Shown here piece by piece: positions 62,621-64,000 of a DNA stretch of 64,000 nucleotides (position 1 is its first letter; each line of letters starts with the position of its first letter). The stretch is from Lama glama. Its lineage: Eukaryota. Under the pieces are notes generated by a model. The model was not told where the DNA came from. It made no database searches and worked only from the letters and a program-made list of their open reading frames with translations. The stretch lies in contig CM052818.1 in assembly GCA_028534125.1 (NCBI GenBank), forward strand, positions 1,862,001-1,926,000, read 5' to 3'. The translations under genes and the position numbers were made by a program.

Positions 62621-63454
62621 TCTATATTTCCACTCTTTTTCTATTTAAGTCATTTTACTGTTCATCTATTTTGGTCCTAGCTTTTTTTTTCATATTGATT
62701 TCTAAGAACTCTTTGTATATTAAGGACGTGACTCTCCCTTTACCAGTCATATTTGTTTCAAAGATTGTTTCTATGTTTCCTACTTGATTTTATATATATA
62801 TATATATTTTTTTTGAGGGGGGAACATAGGGAAGACTTACATTCTACACAATCAGAGTTAAAATGCTCTCCTTCAGAACTGCTCCATTCACTTTTAAGGC
62901 TGCTCTTGCACATTCCAGATATTATCACTTCTGTTTTCTTCTTGTGTATACGTGGCTTCATTTTGCCTTCAGCCTTGTAATCATTTGGGAAATAGGAAGA
63001 GATGACATTATCCCTGCCCTCAAGGAGCTTGCAGGGAACAGAGCAGAGAGAGTGCTGAGCTTATGTTATCACTGCTGTCACTGTGTGGCAGAGATAAGAT
63101 ATGCAGATAGGGGTTCAGGGAAAGGAGAAGAGTGCTGTGTGGAGGAGATGGGAAGTGCGTGGAGGGAGTGCTCAAGGTTTATCAAATATATACCTAGGCT
63201 TATTACGTGACAGGCATTATTTTGTCCTTTATCAATATTAACTGACTCAACCCTTATAATAATTTAGAATTTATCTTACTCCTAATATACCTATTTTGCA
63301 GATGAAAAAAACTGAAGCCCAAAATGTATAAATAACTTACCCCAGATGGTATATGGACGGGCCAGGATTTGAATTCGCAAAGCCTGGTTGGATTGGAGGA
63401 AAGCAGGGGTACTTATGACTAAGGGACTTGAATGTTCAAAGGAAGGATTTAGAC

Positions 63455-63815
63455 CAGCAGTTGGCAACCTTTTCTTGTAAAAGGCCAAATAGTAAATGTT
63501 TTAGACTTCGCAGGCCAAGAGGAAACATTGAGGATATCATGGGTACTTATGTTAAGAGAGAAAACAAATTTTCACAGATTTTTTTTACTGATGAAATTTC
63601 AAATATAATACTAATAGAGTACAATTTTAAAAATAAAGGTCTAGTAAAGTGAAGAATGGAATTTTTGGGAGAGAGAAAACATTCTGCTTAATTGGTGTTT
63701 AAAGTTCGCGGTCCCAATCTGCTAACTGATTTTGTTCATCTGTAGAAACTACTCTCACCTTGTGGGGCCTTAGGAACACAGCACTGGCCTTGCACATGGT
63801 TGGCTGATCCCGCTG
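63455..63815. mobile_element. MER58B-like hAT MITE
   Basis: cagcagttggcaacc..tgtaaaaggccaaatagtaaatgttttagacttcgcaggccaagagg..gagagaaaacaaattttcaca. Confidence 0.75.
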
Positions 63816-64000
63816 TGGACTGACCGTTGTAGGGCTGAGCTGCATTGAGGAATGACGGGCGCCCTTGACGAGCTGTGTGCTGGAGACTGCTGGGGTCCAG
63901 GGAGAGACAGGCGGTCCACCTCAGGCCAGGGCAGTGTAGGCGGGGAGGCAGGACAGATTTGCCAGGCTTTCCTGAGCTGGGTCCCCTGGTGACCAGGGGA

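Noticed and set aside
1..64000. A novel multi-gene biological system
   Set aside because: Apart from two retrocopies and TE/ERV remnants, no coding or structured-RNA genes are supportable from the sequence.

Overview
Mammalian, very probably camelid (alpaca/camel-type), intergenic or intronic DNA. The species call rests on a Vic-1-like tRNA SINE and camelid-type L1 3' ends. Most of the window is decayed interspersed repeats: L1, HAL1, L2, MIR, MLT1/MLT2 and hAT MITEs. I found no spliced protein-coding gene and no evidence of a new multi-gene system. Three features stand out. (1) A young L1-mediated CLIC4 retrocopy on the minus strand. It has a full 5' UTR, a perfect 14-bp TSD and an open frame over CLIC4 residues 1-252, but no 3' UTR. 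Its poly(A) starts about 10 nt after codon 252, the stop codon is lost, and the ORF reads through poly(A) and flanking DNA into a new 41-aa C-terminus. (2) An old, disabled MRPL36 processed pseudogene inside an L1. (3) A rearranged non-autonomous ERV1 provirus at 58298-62620 with gag-matrix and env remnants, an inverted 5'-LTR fragment and nested LTRs; a solo LTR of the same family lies 53 kb away in the opposite orientation. One of the two 500-N gaps is probably a false gap caused by a 199-bp contig overlap. Repeat family names come from recalled consensus motifs, not a database search. Boundaries without TSD support are approximate.
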